Source: Porticoccus sp. (GTDB taxonomy: Bacteria; Pseudomonadota; Gammaproteobacteria; Pseudomonadales; Porticoccaceae). Taken from it: a stretch of DNA of 64,000 bases. Below are positions 11,478 through 20,180 of the stretch, piece by piece (position 1 is the first letter of the stretch; every line of letters begins with the position of its first letter). Position numbers and translations under genes: made by a program. Where the stretch lies: contig JASJGJ010000012.1 in NCBI GenBank assembly GCA_033791605.1, positions 8,400-72,399 of the forward strand, read 5' to 3'. A model generated the notes under the pieces. That model was given only the letters and a program-made list of their open reading frames with translations. It was not told the DNA's origin and ran no database searches.

Positions 11478-11569
11478 AGGAAAATTCCTGATGGCTGAAT
11501 ATAATTAGATACATCTATTAACCATAGAACATTTCTAGTCAATCAAATTGATGCAAAGCAAGGGGGTAA

Positions 11570-12235
11570 ATGATGAGCAAAAAAGTGGCTGTTGTCTTAT
11601 CAGGTTGTGGTGTTTTTGATGGTTCAGAGATTTATGAGTCCGTCATTACCTTGTTGAGTTTAGATAATGCTGGCGCCCAAGTGCAGTGCTTTGCACCAAA
11701 CATTCAACAAATGCATGTGATTAATCATCTTACGGGTGAAGTGTCGGAGGGTGAAAGTCGAAATGTTTTGGTGGAAGCGGCCCGGTTGGTTCGGGGTGAC
11801 ATTAAAGATTTATCCGAAGCTCGCGTAGAGGATTTCGATGCGGTCATTCTTCCTGGTGGTTTTGGTGCAGCTAAAAACCTTTGTGATTTTGCTATCAAGG
11901 GCTCAGAACTCACCGTAAATGATGATCTGTTTGGTTTTGTTCGGGGAATGCACCAAGCTAAAAAACCTGTGGGGCTCATGTGTATTGCTCCAGTAATGGT
12001 GGGTAAGCTATTTGGTGAGGGGGTACACTTTACCATTGGCAATGATTTAGAAACGGCCGCGGCTGTTGAAGCCACCGGCGCTGTACATGAGCCCTGTCCG
12101 GTCAACAATATTTGTATTGATGGTACAAATAACTTGGTGACCACACCGGCTTATATGTTAGCGGGAAACATCAGTGAAGCAGCTAGTGGCATCGAAAAGT
12201 TGGTAGGGGCTGTATTGGCTCAAGTTGCGGAGTAA
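11570..12235 (+). CDS. elbB: Isoprenoid biosynthesis glyoxalase ElbB (DJ-1/PfpI family)
   Basis: Near-colinear similarity to E. coli ElbB (VVLSGCGVFDGSEIYE, PGGFGAAKNL, TTPAYML). Confidence 0.9.
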   Translation: MMSKKVAVVLSGCGVFDGSEIYESVITLLSLDNAGAQVQCFAPNIQQMHVINHLTGEVSEGESRNVLVEAARLVRGDIKDLSEARVEDFDAVILPGGFGAAKNLCDFAIKGSELTVNDDLFGFVRGMHQAKKPVGLMCIAPVMVGKLFGEGVHFTIGNDLETAAAVEATGAVHEPCPVNNICIDGTNNLVTTPAYMLAGNISEAASGIEKLVGAVLAQVAE

Positions 12236-12267
12236 GGTAGAGCACTGTGAATTAATGGGATGGTGGT

Positions 12268-12753
12268 TTGGAAAATCCTTTTTGGGAATACTCTTTAGCG
12301 CATTACGCGCGTCCAGAAGTGGCCGAGTGTTGTTTGGCTTACCAGGATCAGCAGGGAGCAAATGTTAATGTTTTGTTGTTTTGCTGTTGGCTTGGTTGTT
12401 GTGGTATTCAGCTTGAATATAAAGAGCTGGTAGAGGCACAGGAGCAAATTGAAGATTGGGTTTTCAATACGGTCGAGCCTCTACGGGCAGTACGGCGATT
12501 TATGGCCTCCTCATCATGGTCAAATGACACAGACGTGAGCAAGATACAGAAAGTGGAACTGATGACAGAGAAGGTGGTCCAAAAAATTCTGTATAGTTGG
12601 TGGCGGCGTCAGGATTTTGTTGTGCGTAATACTCTTGGTCGTGAATTGCAGGCAGCAAATCTTAATCTATATTTAGCCACGCTGAATGGCGCTAAAGTTT
12701 CTAATGACAGCCCTTTACTTTGGCCTATAAGTGATTACCTAGCCTCTGATTAA
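12268..12753 (+). CDS. TIGR02444-family (DUF2390) protein
   Basis: 161 aa. The NPFWEYSLAHYARPEV...LLFCCWLG N-terminus is characteristic of this conserved hypothetical family. TTG start. Confidence 0.65.
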   Translation: MENPFWEYSLAHYARPEVAECCLAYQDQQGANVNVLLFCCWLGCCGIQLEYKELVEAQEQIEDWVFNTVEPLRAVRRFMASSSWSNDTDVSKIQKVELMTEKVVQKILYSWWRRQDFVVRNTLGRELQAANLNLYLATLNGAKVSNDSPLLWPISDYLASD

Positions 12754-12831
12754 TTTTACATTACTTTTGAGTTACTATGGCCGACAGATTCAGAACTTAA
12801 TCAAGAGCAGTTTTTAATAAAGGACAGTTAT

Positions 12832-13602
12832 ATGAAATTTAAATACTTGGTGCTTGCCTCTGCGATAGTGGTGACCCTGTCAGCTTGTAATGAAAAAGAG
12901 CAAGTTGAGCAGCTAACAGCCTCTTCAGATGAACAACAAACACAGCAGGGTGAAGCCGCTGAGATGGTGCTGAAGACACAAATTGAAAAATTCAGCTACG
13001 TAGTTGGCATTGATATGGGCGGACAATTCCTCGCTTCTGACATTGATATTGACCGTGAAGCTTTTGCTATGGGTATGGCCGATTCATTGGATAACAAGCG
13101 CCCTCGTATTGCCAAAGAGGAGCTTGAGAGTGTGGTGCAGAACTTCCACGCAGCACAACAGGCAAAGATTCAAAAACATGAAGAAGAGATGCGCTCTGTA
13201 TCAGAAAAGAATATTCAGGACGGTGCAGATTTTCTAGAAGTGAATAGCGCTAAAGAGGGCGTTCAAACCACTGAAAGCGGTCTGCAGTATAAGGTGATTA
13301 CGGCGGGTACTGGCATTATGCCTACGGCAGAAAGTCGTGTCGAAGTACATTATAGGGGAACTTTAATTGATGGCAGGGAGTTTGATGCTTCAACCAAGCA
13401 TGGGGGTGCGGTAGAGTTAAATGTTAGTGAAGTTATTCCTGGATGGACTGAGGCGCTACAAAAAATGAAAGAAGGTGCTAAGTGGGAGTTATACCTGCCT
13501 TCTGAACTTGCCTATGGTCCACAGGGTACTGGTGAAATGATTGGACCAAGTGCAACACTGATTTTTGAAGTAGAATTGCTTAAGGTGTTAGGATCAAAAT
13601 AA
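12832..13602 (+). CDS. FKBP-type peptidyl-prolyl cis-trans isomerase, lipoprotein (FkpA/FklB-like)
   Basis: Signal peptide with lipobox LSAC, N-terminal dimerisation helix region, and C-terminal FKBP domain (VHYRGTLIDGREFD ... LIFEVELL). Confidence 0.9.
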   Translation: MKFKYLVLASAIVVTLSACNEKEQVEQLTASSDEQQTQQGEAAEMVLKTQIEKFSYVVGIDMGGQFLASDIDIDREAFAMGMADSLDNKRPRIAKEELESVVQNFHAAQQAKIQKHEEEMRSVSEKNIQDGADFLEVNSAKEGVQTTESGLQYKVITAGTGIMPTAESRVEVHYRGTLIDGREFDASTKHGGAVELNVSEVIPGWTEALQKMKEGAKWELYLPSELAYGPQGTGEMIGPSATLIFEVELLKVLGSK

Positions 13603-13625
13603 CTATTTTTGGTCTCTGTTATCAA

Positions 13626-13654
13626 TAAAAAAGGCCCATTAGGGCCTTTTTTAT
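13626..13654 (+). terminator. Rho-independent terminator after the FKBP gene
   Basis: AAAAAAGGCCC-atta-GGGCCTTTTTT. It could act bidirectionally. Confidence 0.8.
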
Positions 13655-13695
13655 TGTCTTTTTTTCTAGTGCTGTTGGTTACAATACTATGTCGT

Positions 13696-14172
13696 TTAAG
13701 TGTTGCTCAGAACGTTATTACGATGATTTATATGTAAGACTTCTATCATCTTATCCTCAGCGGCAAGCCTAATTTCTAAGGCTTCCCCCAGTTGTGATAA
13801 ATCTGTAGACAATGCTTTAAGGTCATCTGTTTCGAGATATTTATCATTAAAGTCCAGAATTAACTCGGTCGAACCATCAATGGTTTGTAGTAAATTCTCA
13901 CCAGCTTCCAGACCTTGGCTGTCTTGAAGTTCTACCCCCTCTTTCATCAGCTGATCATAAATTTCAAAGTGACCGGCAGAGGTATAGTCAACCAAAATTT
14001 CACAAAAGGTCTTCAGGCTTTCACGGTGAACAGTGTTTTGACTATTGAAGTGATGTATATCACCTAAGGCACAAAAACAAACCAGTACTGCTTGCCGTTC
14101 TTGTAGCCAATGATCAATAAGGGTGCTGACACCCCCCCAGCGTTCTTGTGCAGATCGGCAATTTTCAAGCAT
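13696..14172 (-). CDS. rsd: Rsd/AlgQ-family regulator of sigma D
   Basis: MLENCRSAQERWGGVSTLIDHWLQER matches the Rsd/AlgQ N-terminus. 158 aa. Confidence 0.85.
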   Translation of the reverse strand: MLENCRSAQERWGGVSTLIDHWLQERQAVLVCFCALGDIHHFNSQNTVHRESLKTFCEILVDYTSAGHFEIYDQLMKEGVELQDSQGLEAGENLLQTIDGSTELILDFNDKYLETDDLKALSTDLSQLGEALEIRLAAEDKMIEVLHINHRNNVLSNT

Positions 14173-14246
14173 AAGCGGCTGCTGTTCCTATAAATTTCCC
14201 CAAGGATATGCAAACGGATGCGGTGTGACAAGGCTTTTCCTCGTTG

Positions 14247-14954
14247 CTATTTCAATACCCAAATAACAAGCCAGGGAAGAACTACGGCCGTGAGTGCACC
14301 GGTTAAGCCTAGACCAAGGCTGGAAAAGGCTCCGCACTTCCCGCTGATCTCAAAGGCTCTAGCAGTTCCTACGCCATGTGCACACATACCAAGAACAAAA
14401 CCCTTGATACGATCGTCAGTAATAGCTAACCAGCGAAAGAGTAGGGGCCCAAAAATAGCACCTACTATCCCAGTAAATACCACCACTCCGGCGGTAAGAG
14501 ATGGATTGCCGCCAATTTTTTCGGAAATACCAAGGGCAATGGGTGTGGTGACTGATTTGGGGGCCAGGGAAACTAAAGTCTCGACTGTGGCGCCCAAGAA
14601 CCAAGCTGTGATCAAAGCGCTGACAATGGCAAAACTTGCTCCAAAAAATAAGGTTAGTAGTAAGGGCTTAGATAAGCTTCGAATATTGTGAAACTGTTGA
14701 TGCAACGGAATGGCCAAGGCAACAGTTGCTGTGCCCAATAAAAAGAAAAGTGGCTGGTTAGCCTCGCGGTATTGTTGGTAGCCGATGTTGGTGAGTAAAA
14801 GTACAGCTGAAACTATAATTGGAGCTGTCACGAGGGGGTGTAAGAGTGAATGAATGATGGGCCTATTTTTGTTGGCGCTAGAGAGCCAGAAGGCGACACT
14901 GAATGCCGCAAATGTAAGAATAAGTAGCAAGCTAAAAGTGATGATGGTCATCAT
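14247..14954 (-). CDS. lrgB: LrgB/CidB-family membrane protein
   Basis: Polytopic membrane protein. ATG 14954 overlaps the lrgA TGA (ATGA). The track ORF extends to 15071 inside lrgA. Confidence 0.85.
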   Translation of the reverse strand: MMTIITFSLLLILTFAAFSVAFWLSSANKNRPIIHSLLHPLVTAPIIVSAVLLLTNIGYQQYREANQPLFFLLGTATVALAIPLHQQFHNIRSLSKPLLLTLFFGASFAIVSALITAWFLGATVETLVSLAPKSVTTPIALGISEKIGGNPSLTAGVVVFTGIVGAIFGPLLFRWLAITDDRIKGFVLGMCAHGVGTARAFEISGKCGAFSSLGLGLTGALTAVVLPWLVIWVLK

Positions 14955-15319
14955 TGATGATGCGTCACAGACTTTTTCTGTTGTTTTGTTAACAAGTACT
15001 TCATCAATAATGCAGTTAGCATCATGGTTGCCAGAGTAGAGAAAATAATAGCGCCGGTAACAGCAAGCCATTGGCTGGTTTCCATCGTCGCAAGAAAGAA
15101 AAATCCGACACAGGCTGGCACGAACATGAGTGATAGCCAGCGAATCATGAAATGGCTGGCTTCACCAAGTCCCATGGGTAGTCCTCGGCTGCTGAGTTGA
15201 AGGGCTAAAAACAGTAATACCATACCAATAACGGGCCCGGGTATTGGTATGCCGCTGAAATAGGCGGCGGCCTCACCAATGCCTTGGAAGAGTAGTAATG
15301 TTAGCAACCCACGCAGCAT
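14951..15319 (-). CDS. lrgA: CidA/LrgA-family holin-like protein
   Basis: 122 aa, 4 TM. N-terminus LLFQGIGEAAAYFSGIPIPGPVIGMV is typical of LrgA. Confidence 0.85.
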   Translation of the reverse strand: MLRGLLTLLLFQGIGEAAAYFSGIPIPGPVIGMVLLFLALQLSSRGLPMGLGEASHFMIRWLSLMFVPACVGFFFLATMETSQWLAVTGAIIFSTLATMMLTALLMKYLLTKQQKKSVTHHQ

Positions 15320-15321
15320 GT

Positions 15322-15798
15322 TTAATTTTTACGCATCATTTGTGAAACTCCCAGCAGGGCGAGAAAGAGAAAGCAGAGTAGGGTCCAGGCCGGGATGCTT
15401 AAGTTAAGGAATGTCCATTGAACCTCGGCACAGTTCCCGTCACCTTGCAGTAGCATGCCCATTGCTTCACTGAAATCAAAGGCGTTAAACAGATAATCCG
15501 CAGGTGGTCCGCAAGCTGGCACTTTATCTTCCGGAAGGCTTTGTAGCCAAAGTTGTTTGCCAGAAAAAAAGCTTCCGGCTAATGCGCTGAGGGTAATGAA
15601 AAAACCGTAAATCTTTAGGCCATGATTATGCATCAATGCTAATAAGGCAAACATGCCTGTGATAATCACAAATGCCCGCTGGGTGATACAGAGATAGCAG
15701 GGGTTGAGTTCCATTATATGCTGCATGTATAACGCGGCGGCAATGAGCATATTACAAATAATAAAAATTAATAGGTTAGTTTGTCTGCCTTTCTGCAT
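15322..15798 (-). CDS. dsbB: Disulfide bond formation protein B
   Basis: 158 aa, 4 TM, CxxC pair (CYLC) in the first periplasmic loop and a second Cys pair (C..C) in the second loop. Confidence 0.85.
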   Translation of the reverse strand: MQKGRQTNLLIFIICNMLIAAALYMQHIMELNPCYLCITQRAFVIITGMFALLALMHNHGLKIYGFFITLSALAGSFFSGKQLWLQSLPEDKVPACGPPADYLFNAFDFSEAMGMLLQGDGNCAEVQWTFLNLSIPAWTLLCFLFLALLGVSQMMRKN

Positions 15799-16104
15799 GC
15801 CTCTGTCTCTCCGATAGGTGTGAGATGTGTATCAGCTCGGACGGTACATTAAGACCTTGCCGGTAGTTGGGTCAAGGCTAGTGCCAGTTGTATTGTTGGT
15901 GATTTTCTTCAAGGCCATACAGTCACGGAGAAAAAGTCGTACTCTTGTGTAATAAAGAGGGTAAACAAACAGAGGTGGTTCTCATGGGCTCGATGTGTAA
16001 AATGTACCGTTTTTCAGGGTGAGCCAGAAGGTTGGAGGTGGCCTCTGCTAAGATCAGTTCATCCAGTTGTTTGTGAGTACTTTATTATAGATACAGGTTG
16101 TAGC

Positions 16105-16143
16105 TATAGTTATGGGTTATAGTTTTAGGGCAAATTTATAGTT
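16105..16143 (+). repeat. Three direct copies of TATAGTT(n2-3)GG upstream of ORF 16156
   Basis: TATAGTTatGGG (16105), TATAGTTttaGGG (16118), TATAGTTacaGG (16137). Spacing is 13 and 19 nt. The last copy abuts the AGGA SD. Confidence 0.6.
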
Positions 16144-16155
16144 ACAGGACAAAAA

Positions 16156-16593
16156 ATGTTACGAAATCTGGTGTTTGTCGTTTCCATCTTAATTTTCTGG
16201 CCTTCCTCTTCTTTCGCCGACTTGGGGAATATGAGTGGCGCCCATGGCACCATGGGTGGTGCACATAATTCATCTACGAGATCTATGAGAATTATTGATG
16301 AAGAGTTTGAGAAGGGAAAGGGTATTTTTTTGGGAAGAAATAGAGAGGTAGGAAAAATAAAGCTCTGTGTTGCATCTGGTGATGAGCAGGTTAAATTAAA
16401 AAGAAAGGCGCTAAAGCCTTATAAAGGGGCCACGGTGAATGGGTTTATTAATAGCCTGCATAACTGCGATAAACCCGATGAAGTGATGCTTGAGCGATTG
16501 GGTAGGGTACATATGTCCTATCTGATTTACTATTTGAACAAGCGTTATAAGCTACAGCTTACTGAATATTCGAAATCTGTTATTGCAAGCTAA
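16156..16593 (+). CDS. Hypothetical secreted protein
   Basis: 145 aa with a signal peptide (LVFVVSILIFWPSSSFA/DL), AGGA SD and its own terminator. AT-richer than its neighbours. I do not recognise a family. Confidence 0.6.
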   Translation: MLRNLVFVVSILIFWPSSSFADLGNMSGAHGTMGGAHNSSTRSMRIIDEEFEKGKGIFLGRNREVGKIKLCVASGDEQVKLKRKALKPYKGATVNGFINSLHNCDKPDEVMLERLGRVHMSYLIYYLNKRYKLQLTEYSKSVIAS

Positions 16594-16602
16594 GTGGCTG
16601 AT

Positions 16603-16628
16603 AAGGGGGAGGCTTTCCCCCTTTTTTA
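16603..16628 (+). terminator. Rho-independent terminator
   Basis: AAGGGGGA-ggctt-TCCCCCTT followed by a T run. It lies between convergent genes. Confidence 0.8.
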
Positions 16629-16722
16629 TCCTAAGCTCCACTTGATCATGGGTTCCACCTAGACAAGGTGGGTAAACAGCTACACGTTTTGTTCTTTTAT
16701 GATTTGGGCTGGATGTAGATGC

Positions 16723-18309
16723 TCATAAGGTAAAATTGTATTGCTGGTAATAGGCGGTAAGAAATTCGTCGAAAGACTGGCTATCCTCAGTTTCAATTTT
16801 CTGTTGTTGCTGTAAAGACTCAGCGGCCATTATATGGAATTGCTCAGTGACCTCCGATGGTAATTCTTTCTTCAGAAAATACTTCCGATGTTCTACCGCA
16901 TGGCCCATTGCCACTTTGAAATAGGTTTGCCCCGTTTCTTTCATTTCTCTCAGAATACGTGCTGACGGGGTAAGTTCAGGGTTATCGAGAAAAGTTACTA
17001 GTTTGTTCAGAGTGGTTTCATAGCGATTTGTTTGATTGTGTTGATCCAGCAGTTGAGCGACGGGTTTCATTTCTTCAAACAGAGCGTGTCCCCACTCCAG
17101 AAAAGAGCGTTCTCCCTGGTGATCATGCAACATTAATTCAGGGTTTCGTCCTTGGCATACCATCAGACGTTGATTTTCCAGAATATGACGATATTCCTGA
17201 TCATCCGCCGGCGGGCTTTTGGAGAGCAGACAGGTCAATAGGAAGATATCCATAAAGTCCATTTGTTCACGATCAATGCCCAGTGGCTGAAAGGGATTAA
17301 GGTCAACGCAGCGAACTTCAATATATTCCACACCTCGTTCCCACAATGCCCTTAGGGGCGTTTCGCCAGAATTTGTGGTGCGTTTTGGCCGGATAGTGCT
17401 GTAAAACTCATTTTCGATTTGTAGCAGGTGTGGACTGAGTTGTTGGTAATCACCGTTGCTGTCTTTAATGCCTGCCTTTTCGTAGTCTGGATAGGGTTCC
17501 ACCAATGCATGCCGAAGTGTGTTTACGTAGTTCCGTATGTCGTTATAGCAGACGACCAGCTGCTCTTGGGCTTTACTTTGGTAGCCCAAGTCTCCCATGC
17601 GTAGTGAGGTGGCGTAGGGCATATGAAGGCTGTGTTCATCTGTTCCAAAGGGGACAAGTTGATGATCGCGGCCTTTAACAAAGCTACGGCAAATGCCGGG
17701 CGATGCGCCGAACAGATAAAGTAGAAGCCAAAAATGACGACGGAAATTACGAATCAAAGCGAAATAGTTTTCGGTTTTGAAATCCTGTAGAGACTGGTTG
17801 GAGTTTTCATTTTTTCTGAGTATTTCCAGTAGTTCATCCGGGACCGAAAAGTTGTAGTGAATTCCTGCGATGGTCTGCATGAGTCGACCATAGCGGTGCC
17901 CCAAGCCAACCCGGTAAATACTTTTCATTTGTCCAACATTTGACGATCCGTACTGACCTACAGGAATATCACTGTCGCCACTTAACTGGCAGGGCATGCT
18001 ATTAGCCCAGAGGAGTTCGTCGCCAATTTGGCGATAGGTATAACGGTGAATATTCTCTAGAGTTTCTAACACCTGATTTGAATCGCTGGATGGCGGTGTT
18101 ATAAATTCGAGTAATGCCTCTGAGTAGTCCGTTGTTATTTGTGGGTGAGTGAGAGCTGAGCCGAGAGAGGAAGGATGGGGCGTTTGGGATAATTTTCCTT
18201 CAGGCGTGACTCGTAAGCTCTCTTTTTCAATGCCGCGAACAATACCTGATAGCACTCGTGATTCATTATTGCTGGCCAGTACGCTCAGGCGATTCTTTAG
18301 TAGGGGCAA
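16723..18309 (-). CDS. gshA: Glutamate-cysteine ligase
   Basis: GshA family throughout (RGIEKESLRV, TDYSEALLEFITP, ...). I prefer TTG 18309, preceded by AAGGAA at 7 nt, which gives 528 aa like known GshA. The track ORF extends to GTG 18387. Confidence 0.9.
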   Translation of the reverse strand: MPLLKNRLSVLASNNESRVLSGIVRGIEKESLRVTPEGKLSQTPHPSSLGSALTHPQITTDYSEALLEFITPPSSDSNQVLETLENIHRYTYRQIGDELLWANSMPCQLSGDSDIPVGQYGSSNVGQMKSIYRVGLGHRYGRLMQTIAGIHYNFSVPDELLEILRKNENSNQSLQDFKTENYFALIRNFRRHFWLLLYLFGASPGICRSFVKGRDHQLVPFGTDEHSLHMPYATSLRMGDLGYQSKAQEQLVVCYNDIRNYVNTLRHALVEPYPDYEKAGIKDSNGDYQQLSPHLLQIENEFYSTIRPKRTTNSGETPLRALWERGVEYIEVRCVDLNPFQPLGIDREQMDFMDIFLLTCLLSKSPPADDQEYRHILENQRLMVCQGRNPELMLHDHQGERSFLEWGHALFEEMKPVAQLLDQHNQTNRYETTLNKLVTFLDNPELTPSARILREMKETGQTYFKVAMGHAVEHRKYFLKKELPSEVTEQFHIMAAESLQQQQKIETEDSQSFDEFLTAYYQQYNFTL

Positions 18310-18331
18310 AATAGTTTCCTTGTCTGGAGGA

Positions 18332-18562
18332 TCAGGCAGAGATGGACTGCTTAGGTAATACGGGGTTCCCGGCAGCAGTGATTTCACAGGTAATTATTGT
18401 AGCTCGCAGCAGGATATCTTTGGCATTGAGCTCCATGAGTTGATTGAGGGCGACATCTCGATAGGGACTTTTAAACAGTCGGCTGGCATCGCAACCGTTG
18501 ACCCATTCTAGTGATTTGTCGAGGTATTGTTCATGTTGGTTTTGCAGAATAAAAGTGGTCAT
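18332..18562 (-). CDS. Small hypothetical protein upstream of gshA
   Basis: 76-aa ORF, MTTFILQNQHEQYLDKSLEWVNGCDASRLFKSPYRDVALNQLMELNAKD... Same strand as gshA. It ends 22 nt before the proposed gshA start. No strong SD. Confidence 0.4.
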   Translation of the reverse strand: MTTFILQNQHEQYLDKSLEWVNGCDASRLFKSPYRDVALNQLMELNAKDILLRATIITCEITAAGNPVLPKQSISA

Positions 18563-18749
18563 GTTGAACAGCGAGGCCGAGCTGGTTAAATCGATTAAGC
18601 ATCAGTTTATCTGAAAAGACTGACTCAAGCATTGGATAAAAGCAAACTTGTTCAGGTAATGGGGTGGACATAAAACTGACATTATCTTGACATCAAATGG
18701 TCATGGCTTGGTCACATCATAAAAACATCAGAATCAAAAGGTGTTTGAT

Positions 18750-20162
18750 ATGAAGGTGACAGTCTTTGGTGGTGGCTATGTGGGCTTAGTAACCAGTGCG
18801 TGCCTGGCGCATGTGGGGCACCAAGTTATATGTGTAGATCAGGACGCACAAAAAATAGAAATGCTACAGCAGGGTGTCTGCCCCATTTTTGAGCCTGGTT
18901 TGGAAGATTATTTGGTTGATGGTCAGCGGGAAAAGGTTTTGGTGTTCACGGATGAACCGGTCTGCGCTATCAATCATGCAGAGATAGTGTTTATAGCGGT
19001 AGGAACGCCAACGGATGAAGACGGTACAGCAGATACCAGCCACGTGTTGAATGTAGCGAAAACAGTGGGCACCTATTTAGTAAAATTTACCGTTGTGGTC
19101 ATCAAGTCAACGGTACCTGTTGGTACGGCAGATGCTGTGCGTTCTGAGATACAGAAAGCGTTAGAGAGGCGTGGCGTTGAGGTTATGTTTGAAGTGGCAT
19201 CAAACCCGGAATTCCTTAAGGAGGGGGCCGCCATTTCAGATTTTATGAAACCTGATCGTATTGTGGTGGGGACGGAGTCAGAGCGGGTGGAGGTAATGAT
19301 GAGAGAGCTTTATGCCCCATTTAACCGTAACCATGACCGCTTGATGGTGATGAGCCTTCGTTCCTCTGAGCTCACAAAATATGCAGCCAATGCTATGTTG
19401 GCTACAAAAATCAGCTATATCAATGAAATGGCTAATTTGGCTGAGCACCTTGGTGCTGATATCGAAGAAGTACGCCAGGGAATTGGGGCGGACCCCCGTA
19501 TTGGTTACCATTTTATCTATCCGGGTTGCGGCTACGGCGGCTCATGTTTTCCGAAGGATGTGCGAGCGTTACAAGTGACTGCAGAAAGGTCAGGCTATCA
19601 GCCCCGCCTGTTATTGGCCGTGCAGGACGTCAATCGTGATCAAAAACAGCGTTTGTTTTATAAGGTGCAGAATTATTTTTCGGGGGAGCTAGAAGGTAAG
19701 ACGATCGCTGTATGGGGGCTGGCGTTTAAACCGCGAACAGATGATATGCGAGAGGCCCCTAGTCGTGTTTTGCTGGAATCCCTGTGGGCGGAGGGTGCCA
19801 ATGTCCAAGCCTATGACCCTCGGGCTATGGAGGAATGCCAGAGGCTTTATGGTGACCGAGAGGATCTTTCCTTGGTGGGTACAAAGGAAGCTGCGGTAAA
19901 AGGGGCCGATGCATTGGTTATTTGTACGGAATGGAAACACTTTTGGGCACCAGATTTTCAGGTCTTAAAGGAAAAAATGAATCACCCTGTGGTGATTGAT
20001 GGCCGAAACTTATACGACCCAGAAAGGATGGCGAGCGCTGGTTTTGAGTACCTTGCTGTTGGTAGGCAAGGCAGGGTTAAAGCAGGCGGTAAAAGTGCAG
20101 TGGTTGATAGTGAGATTATGGCCGTGATTCAGCGTGATGAAAAACTAGCCGTAAACAACTAG
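18750..20162 (+). CDS. ugd: UDP-glucose 6-dehydrogenase
   Basis: Rossmann VFGGGYVG and catalytic-Cys motif GGSCFPKD. AAAGGTG SD before ATG 18750. There is a C-terminal tail of about 30 aa beyond the usual end. Confidence 0.9.
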   Translation: MKVTVFGGGYVGLVTSACLAHVGHQVICVDQDAQKIEMLQQGVCPIFEPGLEDYLVDGQREKVLVFTDEPVCAINHAEIVFIAVGTPTDEDGTADTSHVLNVAKTVGTYLVKFTVVVIKSTVPVGTADAVRSEIQKALERRGVEVMFEVASNPEFLKEGAAISDFMKPDRIVVGTESERVEVMMRELYAPFNRNHDRLMVMSLRSSELTKYAANAMLATKISYINEMANLAEHLGADIEEVRQGIGADPRIGYHFIYPGCGYGGSCFPKDVRALQVTAERSGYQPRLLLAVQDVNRDQKQRLFYKVQNYFSGELEGKTIAVWGLAFKPRTDDMREAPSRVLLESLWAEGANVQAYDPRAMEECQRLYGDREDLSLVGTKEAAVKGADALVICTEWKHFWAPDFQVLKEKMNHPVVIDGRNLYDPERMASAGFEYLAVGRQGRVKAGGKSAVVDSEIMAVIQRDEKLAVNN

Positions 20163-20180
20163 GTCTTGTTTCGTAAAGGC

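Noticed and set aside
11725-12144. 139-aa ORF antisense to elbB.
   Set aside because: The sense strand has an unmistakable ElbB match. The antisense product is Ser/Thr/Pro-rich with no RBS.
12793-12798. Exact GAACTT (sigmaE -35-like) upstream of the FKBP/FkpA-like gene.
   Set aside because: No TCTGA/TCAAA-like -10 at 15-17 nt (taata instead). Not enough to call a promoter.
14218-14691. 157-aa ORF antisense to lrgB.
   Set aside because: It lies opposite a clear LrgB membrane protein. It is a Pro/Arg-rich translation typical of an antisense frame.
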